The notes under the pieces are model-generated. The model saw nothing but the letters and a program-made list of their open reading frames with translations, was not told where the DNA came from and did no database searches. This document shows positions 1-10,571 of a stretch of DNA of 64,000 nucleotides, one piece after another (the stretch's first letter is position 1; each line of letters opens with the position of its first letter). The position numbers and the translations under genes are program-made. Source of the stretch: Candidatus Oxydemutatoraceae bacterium (lineage in GTDB: Bacteria; Pseudomonadota; Gammaproteobacteria; Poriferisulfidales; Oxydemutatoraceae); contig OZ244779.1 of assembly GCA_965219575.1 (NCBI GenBank), positions 236,769 to 300,768 on the forward strand. The letters run 5' to 3'.

Positions 1-1
1 T

Positions 2-679
2 TTTGCCGGAATAGGTCTGTGGTGGCTATTATTCAGCATCCCGCTATTTCTATGGGTCGGCGAGAAACACAAACACAAATCGCCCTCTTTCGGCTTTCTA
101 AAACCACTTAAACTATTGCGTACCCAACCTGCAATTGCGTGGTTCTTATTGGCATACTGGCTTTATATAGATGCGGTAGACACGGTTATCAGGATCGCAG
201 TGCATTACGGGCAGGTTATCGGATTTTCAACGAATGATCTTTTGGCTGCTTTATTGCTGGTACAATTCATCGCCTTCCCTGCAACCTTGGTCTACGGTCG
301 TCTAGCGGAACGTTTGGGTGCGCATTTTATGATAGTCATCGGAATTGTTATTTATATCGTTATCTGCATTTGGGGGGCTTTATTAGAATCGATCTCGGGC
401 TTTTATATTTTAGTCGTTCTGATCGCCTTAGTGCAGGGTGGGCTACAAGCCCAAAGCCGTGCTTTCTATGCCGAGTTAGTACCCAAAAAGCACGCCGCTC
501 AGTTTTTCGGAATTTACAATATGTTGGGCAAGTTTGCGGTCGTCTTAGGTCCGCTGCTATTCGGTGCCACAACGCATATCGTCGATAATCCGAGGCTGGG
601 TTTGCTGTCGTTAATTTTCATGCTGGTGCCGGGGTTGATTATTTTTCTAATGCGGGTACCGCGCAAACTCGGCAATTAA
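2..679 (+). CDS. MFS transporter, UMF1/Atg22-like (5' partial)
   Basis: Frame is open from base 2; LWWLLFSIP, multiple TM helices, SRAFYAELVP and QFFGIYNMLGK motifs. Confidence 0.8.
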   Translation, partial: FAGIGLWWLLFSIPLFLWVGEKHKHKSPSFGFLKPLKLLRTQPAIAWFLLAYWLYIDAVDTVIRIAVHYGQVIGFSTNDLLAALLLVQFIAFPATLVYGRLAERLGAHFMIVIGIVIYIVICIWGALLESISGFYILVVLIALVQGGLQAQSRAFYAELVPKKHAAQFFGIYNMLGKFAVVLGPLLFGATTHIVDNPRLGLLSLIFMLVPGLIIFLMRVPRKLGN

Positions 680-685
680 ACGATA

Positions 686-936
686 ACCACCTGTCGAGAC
701 GAATCATTTCCCTCCACAGGAGAGGAATTAGCTAATGCAGATACGATGGGGCTGTTGAAAAAGTGCTGTTTCGCACAATTGCAACCGCTTTGCGCCGCAT
801 AATTATGATAACCACAAAGTCGTAGGGGCAGTATAAAGCCGCCGATTGAGCCGGTAGGTCAATCGGCAATTTAATGAAGTCCGCCCTACCACTCTATGGA
901 ATACTTTTACAACCACCCCGTCAGGAGGGGAATGTA
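686..936. repeat. Composite intergenic repeat (MITE left end at 748, 27-bp hairpin at 841-867, REP-like modules)
   Basis: GGGGCTGTTGAAAAAGT at 748, degenerate opposite end near 902-919, GCCGATTGA-N9-TCAATCGGC hairpin shared with other copies in the window. Confidence 0.8.
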
Positions 937-1575
937 CTAATCTAGGCTCAAAGGTCGTTCTAAAATTTTATTATCCAACCGACATCGCTCGGCTTTCATG
1001 GTGATGCGGTCTTCGCAGAATAGTGCCGTTGCATACGGATAAATGCGATGTTCTTGCGCAAGCACTCGGCTAGCAAGTGCTTGGGGGTTATCGTCTTCTT
1101 TTACGGCAACACGCGCTTGTATTATCACCGGTCCGCCGTCCAATTCGGAAGTCACAAAATGTACGCTACAGCCGTGAGACCGCTCACCCGCCTCCAGAAC
1201 TCGCCGATGTGTATCGAGCCCTTTATACGCCGGCAATAAAGACGGGTGAATATTGAGAATACGCGCGTCAAAAGTGTCGACAAAACGGGGACTCAATATC
1301 CTCATAAAACCTGCCAACAATATCAAATCGGGCCGATGTTGTCGTGTGTTTTCAATTAAAGCGGTTTCAAAATGCACACTGTCGGGAAAATCGGTTCGGG
1401 CATCAATCACCGCTGTGGCAATCTGCTCGTGTTGTGCTTTATGCAGCGCAACTGCATCGGCGCGATCGCTGATCACGCATACGATTTCGCCGTTGATAGA
1501 ACCTGCTTTGATTGCCGCAACGAGTGCTTCTAAATTGCTCCCGCGACCGGAAACTAAAACAACGATTCGTTTCAC
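937..1575 (-). CDS. purN: Phosphoribosylglycinamide formyltransferase
   Basis: SGRGSNL, LAGFMRIL, NIHPSLLP, ELDGGP motifs. Confidence 0.97.
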   Translation of the reverse strand: MKRIVVLVSGRGSNLEALVAAIKAGSINGEIVCVISDRADAVALHKAQHEQIATAVIDARTDFPDSVHFETALIENTRQHRPDLILLAGFMRILSPRFVDTFDARILNIHPSLLPAYKGLDTHRRVLEAGERSHGCSVHFVTSELDGGPVIIQARVAVKEDDNPQALASRVLAQEHRIYPYATALFCEDRITMKAERCRLDNKILERPLSLD

Positions 1576-1591
1576 CGACCGGCTCTGCGTG

Positions 1592-2644
1592 CTAACGATA
1601 AATTACACAGGGCTGTGCTTCATGATGCGCTGCAATCTTGCCGATTTGCCATGCAGACATCTCTGCATGTTCTAGGTGCCGCATAACTTCGGCTTGCTGT
1701 TGCGAGGCGGTAATCAACACCATACCGATACCGCAGTTATATACACTCATCATTTCTTCGTCAGGCACACTGCATTGTGTCTGCAACCAATCAAAAACTT
1801 CGGGCCTTTGCCAACTATCTGCATCGATATAAGCACAGCGGTGTTCGGGTAAAACACGCGGTAGGTTGGAAGCGATGCCGCCGCCGGTAATATGTGCGAG
1901 TGCGGCTATCAATCCTCGCCGTATCAACGGCAGTAATGTGCGTACATAAATCGTCGTCGGACGCAATAAAAGTTCTCCGAGCGTACTATCTCCCAAGGAT
2001 TCATCCAATTTGACACGCTGCTCGGCAATGAGTTTGTTGACGACCGAATAGCCGTTGGAATGCAAACCACTCGATGCAATTCCTATGACGATGTCACCCG
2101 CTTTAATGTCTTGCTTGGGTAGCAAGGTGCCGCGTTCGGCCAAACCGACGGCGAAACCGGCAAGGTCGTATTCTCCTTGCCGATAGCACCCCGGCATCTC
2201 GGCGGTCTCGCCGCCGATCAATGTGGTATTCGCTTCCTTGCATCCTTGCACGATGCCCTGAATAGTCTCGTATGCGGCATTTACCTCAAGTTTGCCGCAA
2301 GCAAGATAATCCAGAAAGATAAGCGGTTCTCCACCCTGTGCGAGGATATCGTTGACGCACATAGCAACCAAATCTATGCCTAGGGTGTCGTGTTTATTCA
2401 TTGCCTGTGCGAGTTTTAGCTTGGTACCCACACCGTCGGTTGCGGCGAGCATTACCGGTGCTTTATAGCCTGCAGCCGCTATATCGAATAGCCCTGCATA
2501 TCCGCCGATGTGGCTTACTACACCTTTGCGAACGGTTTGTTCGCAAAGTGGTTTAATTTTTTCGACCAACGCCTCGCCTGCGGCAATATCGACACCGGCT
2601 TGTTGATAATGTTTGCTTGAGTGTTTGGGGTTATAATTATCCAT
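1592..2644 (-). CDS. purM: Phosphoribosylformylglycinamidine cyclo-ligase
   Basis: YQQAGVDI, TDGVGTK, GGETAEMPG, HSNGYS, AHITGGG; start moved to ATG 2644 to avoid overlap with the divergent gene. Confidence 0.96.
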   Translation of the reverse strand: MDNYNPKHSSKHYQQAGVDIAAGEALVEKIKPLCEQTVRKGVVSHIGGYAGLFDIAAAGYKAPVMLAATDGVGTKLKLAQAMNKHDTLGIDLVAMCVNDILAQGGEPLIFLDYLACGKLEVNAAYETIQGIVQGCKEANTTLIGGETAEMPGCYRQGEYDLAGFAVGLAERGTLLPKQDIKAGDIVIGIASSGLHSNGYSVVNKLIAEQRVKLDESLGDSTLGELLLRPTTIYVRTLLPLIRRGLIAALAHITGGGIASNLPRVLPEHRCAYIDADSWQRPEVFDWLQTQCSVPDEEMMSVYNCGIGMVLITASQQQAEVMRHLEHAEMSAWQIGKIAAHHEAQPCVIYR

Positions 2645-2714
2645 TAAAATATGTTTGCTTCTTTGAGGTAAAATAGTCATTTTACCTGATTCAAGGCTAG
2701 GTTTTATAACTATA

Positions 2715-3266
2715 ATGAACTCCGTAACGAGACATATACCCAATTTATTAACCGGCATCCGACTACTGCTGATACCGGCACTGATATATCTTTTGTTGCG
2801 CGGCAGCTTTGACGGTGCGCTCTATCTGATTATTGTAATGGGCTTGACCGATGCATTCGACGGGCTCCTCGCCAAGAAGCTGAATTGTGTCTCTCGCTTC
2901 GGCGAGTTCTTCGATCCGATCTGCGATAAGTGTATGCTGATCGGCACTACGATAACTTTAGCTTATCTGGGATTGCTACCGGTTTGGTTGGTTTTGCTCA
3001 TTATTGCGCGTGATTTGATAATCGTAGCCGGTGGTTATGTCTATTATTCGTACATCGAGAAGTTTCGTGCAAGTCCCTCGATGCTGAGCAAAGCAAACAC
3101 CTTCCTTCAGCTGTTGCTGACCGTGATTGTGATATACAGCCAAATCAATTTTGTTCCGGCACAATGGATCGAGGGACTGATAAATATCGTCGCAACCACA
3201 ACTTTACTGAGCGGTATAGCTTATATGTGGACATGGGGGCGTAGTGCGATTAGAGCACGAACCTGA
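2715..3266 (+). CDS. CDP-alcohol phosphatidyltransferase family protein
   Basis: IPNLLT, DAFDGLLAK...G...DPICDK signature. Confidence 0.9.
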   Translation: MNSVTRHIPNLLTGIRLLLIPALIYLLLRGSFDGALYLIIVMGLTDAFDGLLAKKLNCVSRFGEFFDPICDKCMLIGTTITLAYLGLLPVWLVLLIIARDLIIVAGGYVYYSYIEKFRASPSMLSKANTFLQLLLTVIVIYSQINFVPAQWIEGLINIVATTTLLSGIAYMWTWGRSAIRART

Positions 3267-3289
3267 ATAAACTTGCCGTCGCCCCGACA

Positions 3290-4333
3290 ATGTCCTCAAA
3301 ACTATCGGTCATTTTGATAGGGCTGGCTTTATCGGTTCTAGCAATTTATAGTCTAAAGCCGATATTAACGCCCCTGGCCTTAAGCTTTTTATTGGCATAC
3401 CTCGGTACCCCCGGCGTGTCTTGGCTGACGCGTACGGGATTAGGTCGTACACCGTCGGCTTTGCTAATACTCACCGTCATTTTGCTTGGCTTGAGTATGG
3501 TCTTGTTACTATTGGTTCCGATCGTTCGAGTGCAGATCGGATCGATAACGATGCATTTGCCGGACCTCATACAATGGTTTCAGCAAAAGATCGGCGGACT
3601 GTTTCCGGCTTACGAACGCCAATGGAGTATAGAAAGTATCAGGCAGTTGCTAAGCGAACATTGGCGTAGTGCCGTAGTTGCCTCTGACCGACTGATCGGA
3701 TGGTTGGCAATCGGCGGCGGTGCTTTCTTTACACTACTGATAACACTGCTATTAACGCCGCTGATCAGTTTTTATCTATTGCGAGATTGGAACAAAATGC
3801 TCGATAATATCAAAGATTTATTACCTGTCGCGATCCGAACAACCGTCTGCCGGTTATGTAGTGAGACCGACAAAATCTTTTCGGCCTTTGTGCGCGGACA
3901 GCTGACCGTGATGTTGTCGCTTGCCACTCTCTATAGCATCGGTCTCTATCTCATCGGTTTAGAGCTGGCATTGGTTATAGGTATACTCACCGGATTGCTG
4001 AGCTTTATCCCATACGCCGGCTGGTTAATCGGCTTGACGGCAGCGTTGATGGCTTTGTTGTTTCAGTTCGGCTTGGATTGGACGCAGATGTTCTATTTGG
4101 TTCTATTGTTTTCCGTCGTGCAGTTCGTCGAGTCGTTTTTCTTAACTCCCAAGTTAATCGGCGACCGTCTGGGACTGCATCCGCTTGCGGTAATCTTCTC
4201 GGTAGTTGTCGGCGGGCAGCTATTCGGTTTTTTAGGGATTCTGTTGGCGTTACCCGTCGCCTCTATACTGCTTGCGCTGCTAAGAGTGTGGCGTAAAAAC
4301 TCTTCGCTCAAAATATCGGAACTTTCAACATGA
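3290..4333 (+). CDS. AI-2E (PerM) family transporter
   Basis: FYLLRDW, FVRGQL, FIPYAG, LGLHPL, GILLALP. Confidence 0.9.
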   Translation: MSSKLSVILIGLALSVLAIYSLKPILTPLALSFLLAYLGTPGVSWLTRTGLGRTPSALLILTVILLGLSMVLLLLVPIVRVQIGSITMHLPDLIQWFQQKIGGLFPAYERQWSIESIRQLLSEHWRSAVVASDRLIGWLAIGGGAFFTLLITLLLTPLISFYLLRDWNKMLDNIKDLLPVAIRTTVCRLCSETDKIFSAFVRGQLTVMLSLATLYSIGLYLIGLELALVIGILTGLLSFIPYAGWLIGLTAALMALLFQFGLDWTQMFYLVLLFSVVQFVESFFLTPKLIGDRLGLHPLAVIFSVVVGGQLFGFLGILLALPVASILLALLRVWRKNSSLKISELST

Positions 4334-5049
4334 GTTTGCCCAGGCAGTTGTTGCTACGGCTAAATCCCGAAAAAAATAAAGTCTTTGATAATTTCCTAGC
4401 GACAAATAACCGAACCGCAGTAGACCATTTGCTCGGTCTATGCCGAAACGATAGCCTTAAGGGTAATCAAACTTATCTTTGGGGAAAAGCTGCAAGCGGT
4501 AAAAGCCATTTGTTGCAAGCTGCCTGTAGCGAAGTATCACACCACGCTAAAAGTAGCATCTATCTACCTCTGCAATACATGGCACAGGAAGCCGGCCGAA
4601 TTCTCAAAGGATTAGAGGCGGTCGACCTGGTCTGTATAGACGACATCGACTTAATCACCCGCACCGAACTTAAACTCGAACATCCGCTTTTTCATTTCAT
4701 AAATCGGCTGCGTAGTGAAAACGGATGCTTGCTTATGGCCGGGCGTAGCAATCCCAAGCATTTGCCCCTTCGATTAGCCGACTTACACTCGCGTCTACTA
4801 TGGGGTAGCGTTTTTCGGTTGACGGCGATTCCCGATATAGAAAAGCCGACCGCGCTCTCTCTACACGCCAAGTTTAACGGTTCGGAGATACCGAAGACAA
4901 CGATTACTTATTTACTAAACCACTATCCTCGCGATATGGATTATTTAACTAAGGTGGTTGATCATATCAGCCGAGTTGGATTTCAGTGCAAACGACGGCT
5001 TACCGTTCCTTTCGTCAAGCAGGTCCTTGAAGAGACCGGTGATTTTTGA
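4330..5049 (+). CDS. hda: DnaA regulatory inactivator Hda
   Basis: N-terminal clamp motif QLLL, GKSHLLQA, DLHSRL; usual purM-perM-hda context. Confidence 0.92.
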   Translation: MSLPRQLLLRLNPEKNKVFDNFLATNNRTAVDHLLGLCRNDSLKGNQTYLWGKAASGKSHLLQAACSEVSHHAKSSIYLPLQYMAQEAGRILKGLEAVDLVCIDDIDLITRTELKLEHPLFHFINRLRSENGCLLMAGRSNPKHLPLRLADLHSRLLWGSVFRLTAIPDIEKPTALSLHAKFNGSEIPKTTITYLLNHYPRDMDYLTKVVDHISRVGFQCKRRLTVPFVKQVLEETGDF

Positions 5050-5050
5050 A

Positions 5051-5791
5051 TTACTCGGAACCGTCGTTCAAAATGGTTTCTAACTCGGTTTTATACGCCG
5101 ACCAATATTCTTGCATTAATTCGTATCTGTCCGAATATCCGTAATACACCTCGTCTATCATCGTCTTCGCTTTCGGATATTTGGAATATACATCATAAAG
5201 GGAAGCCGTTTTTTTAGGGCGTATACCCCCTTTTGCGTTAAGGCTCAAAAATGTTTCTAACAAACCGGGACATGCTATTTTTTCTTCCAGCTTTTTGATA
5301 TCCTCATTCAGGTGCTCATACCTAATTATAAAATCAGCGATCGACTTCCCGTCGATATGTATCTGATAATAATCCAGAAAAGGGTTGGATCTGATCCTTT
5401 TTTGACGACAGCTGGAAGCTATGAATTCTTCAAAGTCTTCTTTTATCTCGCTTAGCTTTTCACGCCTTTTTTTCCAAAAATACCATGAAATAGCTTTTTG
5501 GTATGGGTTCCGTATAATTGCTATCTTTAGGTAATTATAAAAAAGGTTCGGTCCGATTAATTCTCTTATTTTATCGGCACCTAAATGATCTATGCGATTT
5601 TGTACCATAAAAGGCTCATAGTTTTGTGCGGAAGGAAACCCTAAAGTCTTTCGTAGTTTCATGTCCGGCCCGTGTATCCTAGACAACACATCGTTAGGAC
5701 CGCAGTATTTTGAGAGTGCCGTCTCAAAAGAACTGCCGGCAACTTTGATTAACTTTATGTGTATTACTTTGAGCCTATGCGAAATAATCAC
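5051..5791 (-). CDS. Sulfotransferase family 2 protein
   Basis: KVAGSS 5'-PSB-like motif, IRNPY..AISWY 3'-PB motif, DFIIRYE; AT-rich. Confidence 0.8.
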   Translation of the reverse strand: MIISHRLKVIHIKLIKVAGSSFETALSKYCGPNDVLSRIHGPDMKLRKTLGFPSAQNYEPFMVQNRIDHLGADKIRELIGPNLFYNYLKIAIIRNPYQKAISWYFWKKRREKLSEIKEDFEEFIASSCRQKRIRSNPFLDYYQIHIDGKSIADFIIRYEHLNEDIKKLEEKIACPGLLETFLSLNAKGGIRPKKTASLYDVYSKYPKAKTMIDEVYYGYSDRYELMQEYWSAYKTELETILNDGSE

Positions 5792-6756
5792 TGATGCCCC
5801 GGGAGTCGATGGGTCTTTAGAGAGCCGATGAGTGCTTGAATATCGGATAATTTATGTTTAATCAGATAAGCGACAATATCTCGATTTATCTTTGCACAAA
5901 TCAGTGGTTCATAAAACAAAGCGGTGCCTATGCCGACTGCGGTCGCACCTGCCAGCATAAACTCAATCGCATCTTGCCCGTCGACTACACCGCCTTGCCC
6001 GATAATCGGGATGCGGTGCGCACGGCACACTTGATAAACCTCGAATACTTTAAGCAATGCTATCGGTTTAATCGCCGGACCCGATAAACCACCGCAATCG
6101 TTGCCCAACACCGGCATCCGCTTATCTATGTCTATCGTCATACCGGAAATCGTATTAATAACTGCAAAGGCATCGCTACCGGCTTCCAAACAACGTCTTG
6201 CATTCTCGGCAATATCGGTTTGATTGGGAGAAAGTTTGGTAATCAGCGGTTTGGAGGTCGCTTTGCGGCAAACTTCTACGATTTGTGCCGAGACCGTGGG
6301 GTCGTTGCCGAACTCGGTGCCACCTTTTTTTACATTAGGACACGATATATTAATCTCTATTGCATCAATGGCGGTATCGTCGAGGCGGCGTGCCAACTCG
6401 CCGTACTCTTCGATGCGCGAACCTGCGATGTTGGCAATGTAGCGTGTTTTAGAAAAATCCAATGTCGGCAATATATCGTCGACCAATGTATCTATGCCCG
6501 GATTTTGTAAGCCAATTGCATTGAGCATACCGTCATTGGTCTCGGCAACCCTATGGATAGGATTGCCGAGACGTTTTTCCAAAGTTGTGCCTTTGAGACA
6601 TACCGCACCGACCTCTTCGAGCGAGAATCCGTCTACGCGAGTATACTCGTCGCCGAAACCCACACATCCCGATAGCAGTACTAGAGGAGAATTAAAATCT
6701 AAGTCGCAAAACTCTATTCCTAATTCGGGACTTTCAGGGGCGGCATTTTTTGACAT
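5788..6756 (-). CDS. pyrD: Dihydroorotate dehydrogenase (family 1 catalytic subunit)
   Basis: NAIGLQNPG, NISCPNV, KLSPN, GGLSGPAIKP. Confidence 0.93.
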   Translation of the reverse strand: MSKNAAPESPELGIEFCDLDFNSPLVLLSGCVGFGDEYTRVDGFSLEEVGAVCLKGTTLEKRLGNPIHRVAETNDGMLNAIGLQNPGIDTLVDDILPTLDFSKTRYIANIAGSRIEEYGELARRLDDTAIDAIEINISCPNVKKGGTEFGNDPTVSAQIVEVCRKATSKPLITKLSPNQTDIAENARRCLEAGSDAFAVINTISGMTIDIDKRMPVLGNDCGGLSGPAIKPIALLKVFEVYQVCRAHRIPIIGQGGVVDGQDAIEFMLAGATAVGIGTALFYEPLICAKINRDIVAYLIKHKLSDIQALIGSLKTHRLPGHQ

Positions 6757-6794
6757 ACTTAAATATCACCGAAATTTTTTATACACGACATAAG

Positions 6795-7796
6795 TTATTG
6801 CGGTTTGAAAGGTGCTTGCCGCTGAAGCAGTTGTGCCACCGCCGCTTCGGCACGAATCCGATCGGCTAAAATCAATGCAATCTGCTCACAGATGGGCATT
6901 TCTATTTTGTGCCGATTTGCTATTTTCAACACCGCTTTTGTAGCGTCTACACCTTCAACCACCTTAGTGTTCTGCTCTCGTGCTTTGCGAGCACCCCCGT
7001 ATTCTACAATCATTCTACCGAAATTTTGATTACGGGATCGGTTGCTTGCACACGACAACACAATATCGCCTACTCCCGCCAATCCGACTATCGTCTCGGC
7101 GCGTCCTCCTACCGCTTCGGTAAAGCGAATCGCCTCGTTTATGCCTCGGGTGATAAGCGCGGCTTTGGCATTTTCTCCTAACGCCAGTCCGTCGGCTATA
7201 CCGGCGGCAATCGCAATGATGTTTTTCAACGCACCGCCACATTCTACACCGATCATATCGTCGGTTGTATAAACGCGTAGCTTGTCACCGTGCAACAATT
7301 CGGCAAGCGTATCGGCAAAAGATTTTTGTTCGCAAGCGATGACCAATGCGGTCGGTAGACCTGCCGCGACTTCGTGTGCGAAAGAGGGTCCCGACACGGC
7401 TGCCAACGGCAGTTCGCTGCCGAGCGTTTCCGAGACGACTTCGTGTATCCAACGACCGCTATCCGCTTCTACTCCCTTACACGCCCAAGCAATTCCTCGT
7501 TGCCGTTCATCGAGTATCGGGTTGATAAGCTCAATCAGACCGCGTATCGTTGCAGTCGGGGTTGCCAATAAAACGATATCACCGTCGGCAACCGCCGTCG
7601 CCAAGTCCCGGTGGCATTTAATTTCATCGGGTAATCTAGTGTCCGGCAGGTAGGCTTCGTTGTAGCGGCAGGCCGCCATTTTTTCCATGAGTGTTCGATT
7701 GCGCCCCCATAGATTGACCTTGCAACCGCGCTCGACAAATTGCACGGCAAGTGCCGTTCCCCATATACCTGCACCGATAATCGTTAAACTGTGCAT
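6795..7796 (-). CDS. gpsA: NAD(P)H-dependent glycerol-3-phosphate dehydrogenase
   Basis: GAGIWGTALA, SGPSFA, GGALKNIIAIAAG. Confidence 0.96.
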   Translation of the reverse strand: MHSLTIIGAGIWGTALAVQFVERGCKVNLWGRNRTLMEKMAACRYNEAYLPDTRLPDEIKCHRDLATAVADGDIVLLATPTATIRGLIELINPILDERQRGIAWACKGVEADSGRWIHEVVSETLGSELPLAAVSGPSFAHEVAAGLPTALVIACEQKSFADTLAELLHGDKLRVYTTDDMIGVECGGALKNIIAIAAGIADGLALGENAKAALITRGINEAIRFTEAVGGRAETIVGLAGVGDIVLSCASNRSRNQNFGRMIVEYGGARKAREQNTKVVEGVDATKAVLKIANRHKIEMPICEQIALILADRIRAEAAVAQLLQRQAPFKPQ

Positions 7797-7814
7797 CGTA
7801 TGCGGTATAGCCGC

Positions 7815-8255
7815 TTAATGGGGCTTGCTCGTCACCTGCTCGTTTTTTGCGTAGTTCTTTTGGATGTATATACTTTCAAAATTGATCGGTGCCATCAACA
7901 ACTGTGGAAACCCACCTTTAGAAACCATACTCGATATCGCTTCTCGCGCATACGGGAAAAGGATATTGGGACACTCTACCTGTAAAGTTTTATCCAAGTC
8001 TTCGCCCATAAGTTCCGATATTTGAAACACCCCGGCTTGTTCGATTTCGACCATAAAAATAGTCGTCTCGTCGTGTTTTGCGGTTACCGTGATATGAAGA
8101 ATGGATTCGTACAGATCGTCATCGTCGTCCATTTTCGTATTAAGGCTGTGCAACTTGATATCTACATTGGGGTTCCACTGCGCCTCCAGTATTTGTGGCG
8201 TATGCGGCGATTCAAAAGAAGCATCCTTAACATATATGTGTCTTATCTCTATCAT
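7815..8255 (-). CDS. secB: Protein-export chaperone SecB
   Basis: IYVKDASFESP, CPNILFPYARE, GGFPQL..PINF. Confidence 0.96.
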   Translation of the reverse strand: MIEIRHIYVKDASFESPHTPQILEAQWNPNVDIKLHSLNTKMDDDDDLYESILHITVTAKHDETTIFMVEIEQAGVFQISELMGEDLDKTLQVECPNILFPYAREAISSMVSKGGFPQLLMAPINFESIYIQKNYAKNEQVTSKPH

Positions 8256-8300
8256 GTTTTTAGTCTCGCTATGCTCTTAAACATCGATTAAAACTGAAAC

Positions 8301-8573
8301 TTATAGTGCAGACTCACCACGCAACAATTTATCCAGTTTGCCTTCCTGGTCGAGTTTGACCATATCCTGATATCCACCGACATGCAAATCATCTACGAAT
8401 ATCTGTGGCACCGATGTGCGCTTGGTGCGCGCTTGCAACTCCGCTCTAGCCACTTCGTCTTGATCTACTCTGACCTCGTCGTAGCTTACTTGTTTCTTAT
8501 CGAGCAACCGCTTAGACCACGCACAATAGGGGCAGCTTGTCGAAGTATAAATTAAAACTTTAGCTTTACTCAT
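8301..8573 (-). CDS. grxC: Glutaredoxin 3
   Basis: CPYC, SVPQIF, HVGG; start set at ATG 8573 overlapping the upstream stop. Confidence 0.93.
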   Translation of the reverse strand: MSKAKVLIYTSTSCPYCAWSKRLLDKKQVSYDEVRVDQDEVARAELQARTKRTSVPQIFVDDLHVGGYQDMVKLDQEGKLDKLLRGESAL

Positions 8574-8998
8574 TTTTTCACAACCGGCATGTTTGCTTCT
8601 TTCCATGCCGTAATACCTCCCTTCAAACTATACACTTTAGTAAAACCTTGCTTGCAAAGCAAGCCACAGGCTTTAGGCGACTTAAATCCGTTCATGCAAA
8701 AAGCAATGACCGGTTTATCCTTTAACTTTGCCAACTCGGAAAAACGCTCGCCCAGCGTGCTAAACGACACATGCTTTGCATCGCGTATGCCACTGCCACC
8801 GAGTTCGGCGGCTTCACGCACATCGAGCATAACCGCACTTTCATGATTTAGCATCTGCACCGCCTCGGTGGGTGTTAAATCCTTATATTTCTTCGTTAGC
8901 TTTTTGGCTTCCGTAATAACGATCGCCGTCAACAATATCAATAACAATGTCACCAAGAACAAATTATCGGTAACAAAATCCATATAATCGGTTTGCAT
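8570..8998 (-). CDS. Membrane-anchored rhodanese domain protein (YibN-like)
   Basis: N-terminal TM helix, LDVRE, FCMNG, LKGGITAW; conserved position before grxC-secB. Confidence 0.88.
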   Translation of the reverse strand: MQTDYMDFVTDNLFLVTLLLILLTAIVITEAKKLTKKYKDLTPTEAVQMLNHESAVMLDVREAAELGGSGIRDAKHVSFSTLGERFSELAKLKDKPVIAFCMNGFKSPKACGLLCKQGFTKVYSLKGGITAWKEANMPVVKK

Positions 8999-9001
8999 AT
9001 T

Positions 9002-9391
9002 CTATCTTAAAGTACCGCTGTCGTTAGAAGCATGCGAACAGAACACTTTATGCATCATGTCTATCAACATCAAAGTGCGCTGGTCTCCGATTCGATATAG
9101 TACACGATTGATCTTCTTTCTGCTAGCTAATACGCCTTTTTCTTTCAATATAGATAAGTGTTGCGAAACATTACTTTGAGAAGTTCCAACCTTCTCTACC
9201 AATTCCTGCACGCTCATCTCGCTGCTGTCCAAGACACAAAGTATCTTAAGACGCAGAGGATGTGCCATTGCTTTTAAGGTTTCGGCAGCCTCTTCTACAA
9301 TCTGATCCATATTGCCGGGCGGCATGGTACTACTGATATTTTGGGTGCTTTCTAGTATCTCCATATAACTACCTGGTAACATCTTCCTCAC
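9002..9391 (-). CDS. ArsR/SmtB regulator, BigR/SqrR-like (two Cys)
   Basis: LKAMAHPLRLKILC, SQSNVSQHL, C-terminal VFC; true start may lie downstream. Confidence 0.88.
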   Translation of the reverse strand: MRKMLPGSYMEILESTQNISSTMPPGNMDQIVEEAAETLKAMAHPLRLKILCVLDSSEMSVQELVEKVGTSQSNVSQHLSILKEKGVLASRKKINRVLYRIGDQRTLMLIDMMHKVFCSHASNDSGTLR

Positions 9392-9430
9392 TACATTATA
9401 ATACCTTATGGTCGCATATAATAGTTACTA

Positions 9431-10543
9431 ATGATTTTGCAACATAAATTAAGGCTAATCGCATTGTTTTTCGCATTATGCGCAGGGACGACAGCTTTCT
9501 CTCAAACCTACGATGAACGCCTACAATCGATAAAATCGCAAGTGCTCGAGAAACAACGCGGGCTAAGTTCTGCGTCTAAGGCACTCGAACAATTACAACA
9601 ACAATTAGGACACAGTGCGCGTAGTTTGAGCGATGCCAAACGCAGTTATGAAAAATCGCTTAAAAATCTTTCCGAATTACAATCAAAATTATCCACGCTC
9701 ACCGAACAAGCCGAAGACTTGTCCGAACAGCACGCCGAGCACTTATCGTTGCTTGCGTCGGGCTTGCGCTCTATGCAACACGATATGCGCACTCGGCGAT
9801 TTAGCTATTTACTCGCTGCCGACGACTGGCATAGCTTTGAACGAAGGGTGGTCTATTACGATTACTTTAATCGGGAAAGAGCAAATAAGTTATCCGAACT
9901 TTCGGAGCAATTATCGCATCTATCGGAGATACGAACGGAACTCAAAGTGCAGAACCGCGCCCTAGAATTGGAACACACACGGCAACAGCGGATAGTGCGA
10001 GAAATCGAACAGAAACGACAAAAGAAACAACAGATAATCAATGCCTTAGAACAAAAGATTGCACAAGAACAGATGGCGATTGCCACGCTACAAAAAGATG
10101 TCGAAGAACTGCAACGACTCATTGCGCAGCTCGGAACATCGTCGGCTTCGGTATTACAATTCGGCACGCTTAAGGGTAGCTTACCGTGGCCTTTGGACAG
10201 ACCCGTCACTATACGAAGCGACAATAAAAAACTGCCGGGAATTTTTTTGCCGGCTATCGCCGACACCGAAGTCAAAAGTATCCACGACGGTCATGTGGTA
10301 TTCAGTGATTGGTTTCGTAGCTACGGCATGCTACTGATCATCGATCACGGAGACGGTTATATGTCGCTTTATGCAAACAACGAAGCACTCTATAAGGAGG
10401 TAGGAGATCGTGTGCGAACCGGAGAGCGTATTGCGGAAGTAGGCAACGGTGGAACCTCCACCGATACCGGTTTGTATTTTGAAATACGCAGATTTAACGA
10501 ACAACTCGACCCCAAGTTGTGGTGCCATCGGCAAAACGCTTAA
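9431..10543 (+). CDS. envC: Murein hydrolase activator EnvC
   Basis: Signal peptide, long coiled coil, degenerate M23 domain (LPWP, IIDHGDGYMSLY, LYFEIR). Confidence 0.88.
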   Translation: MILQHKLRLIALFFALCAGTTAFSQTYDERLQSIKSQVLEKQRGLSSASKALEQLQQQLGHSARSLSDAKRSYEKSLKNLSELQSKLSTLTEQAEDLSEQHAEHLSLLASGLRSMQHDMRTRRFSYLLAADDWHSFERRVVYYDYFNRERANKLSELSEQLSHLSEIRTELKVQNRALELEHTRQQRIVREIEQKRQKKQQIINALEQKIAQEQMAIATLQKDVEELQRLIAQLGTSSASVLQFGTLKGSLPWPLDRPVTIRSDNKKLPGIFLPAIADTEVKSIHDGHVVFSDWFRSYGMLLIIDHGDGYMSLYANNEALYKEVGDRVRTGERIAEVGNGGTSTDTGLYFEIRRFNEQLDPKLWCHRQNA

Positions 10544-10571
10544 TCGCATACTCTGAAAAGGCTTTGATAAA

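Noticed and set aside
1253-1675. Many 60-150 aa antisense or alternate-frame ORFs overlapping core genes
   Set aside because: No recognisable motifs; expected shadow ORFs.
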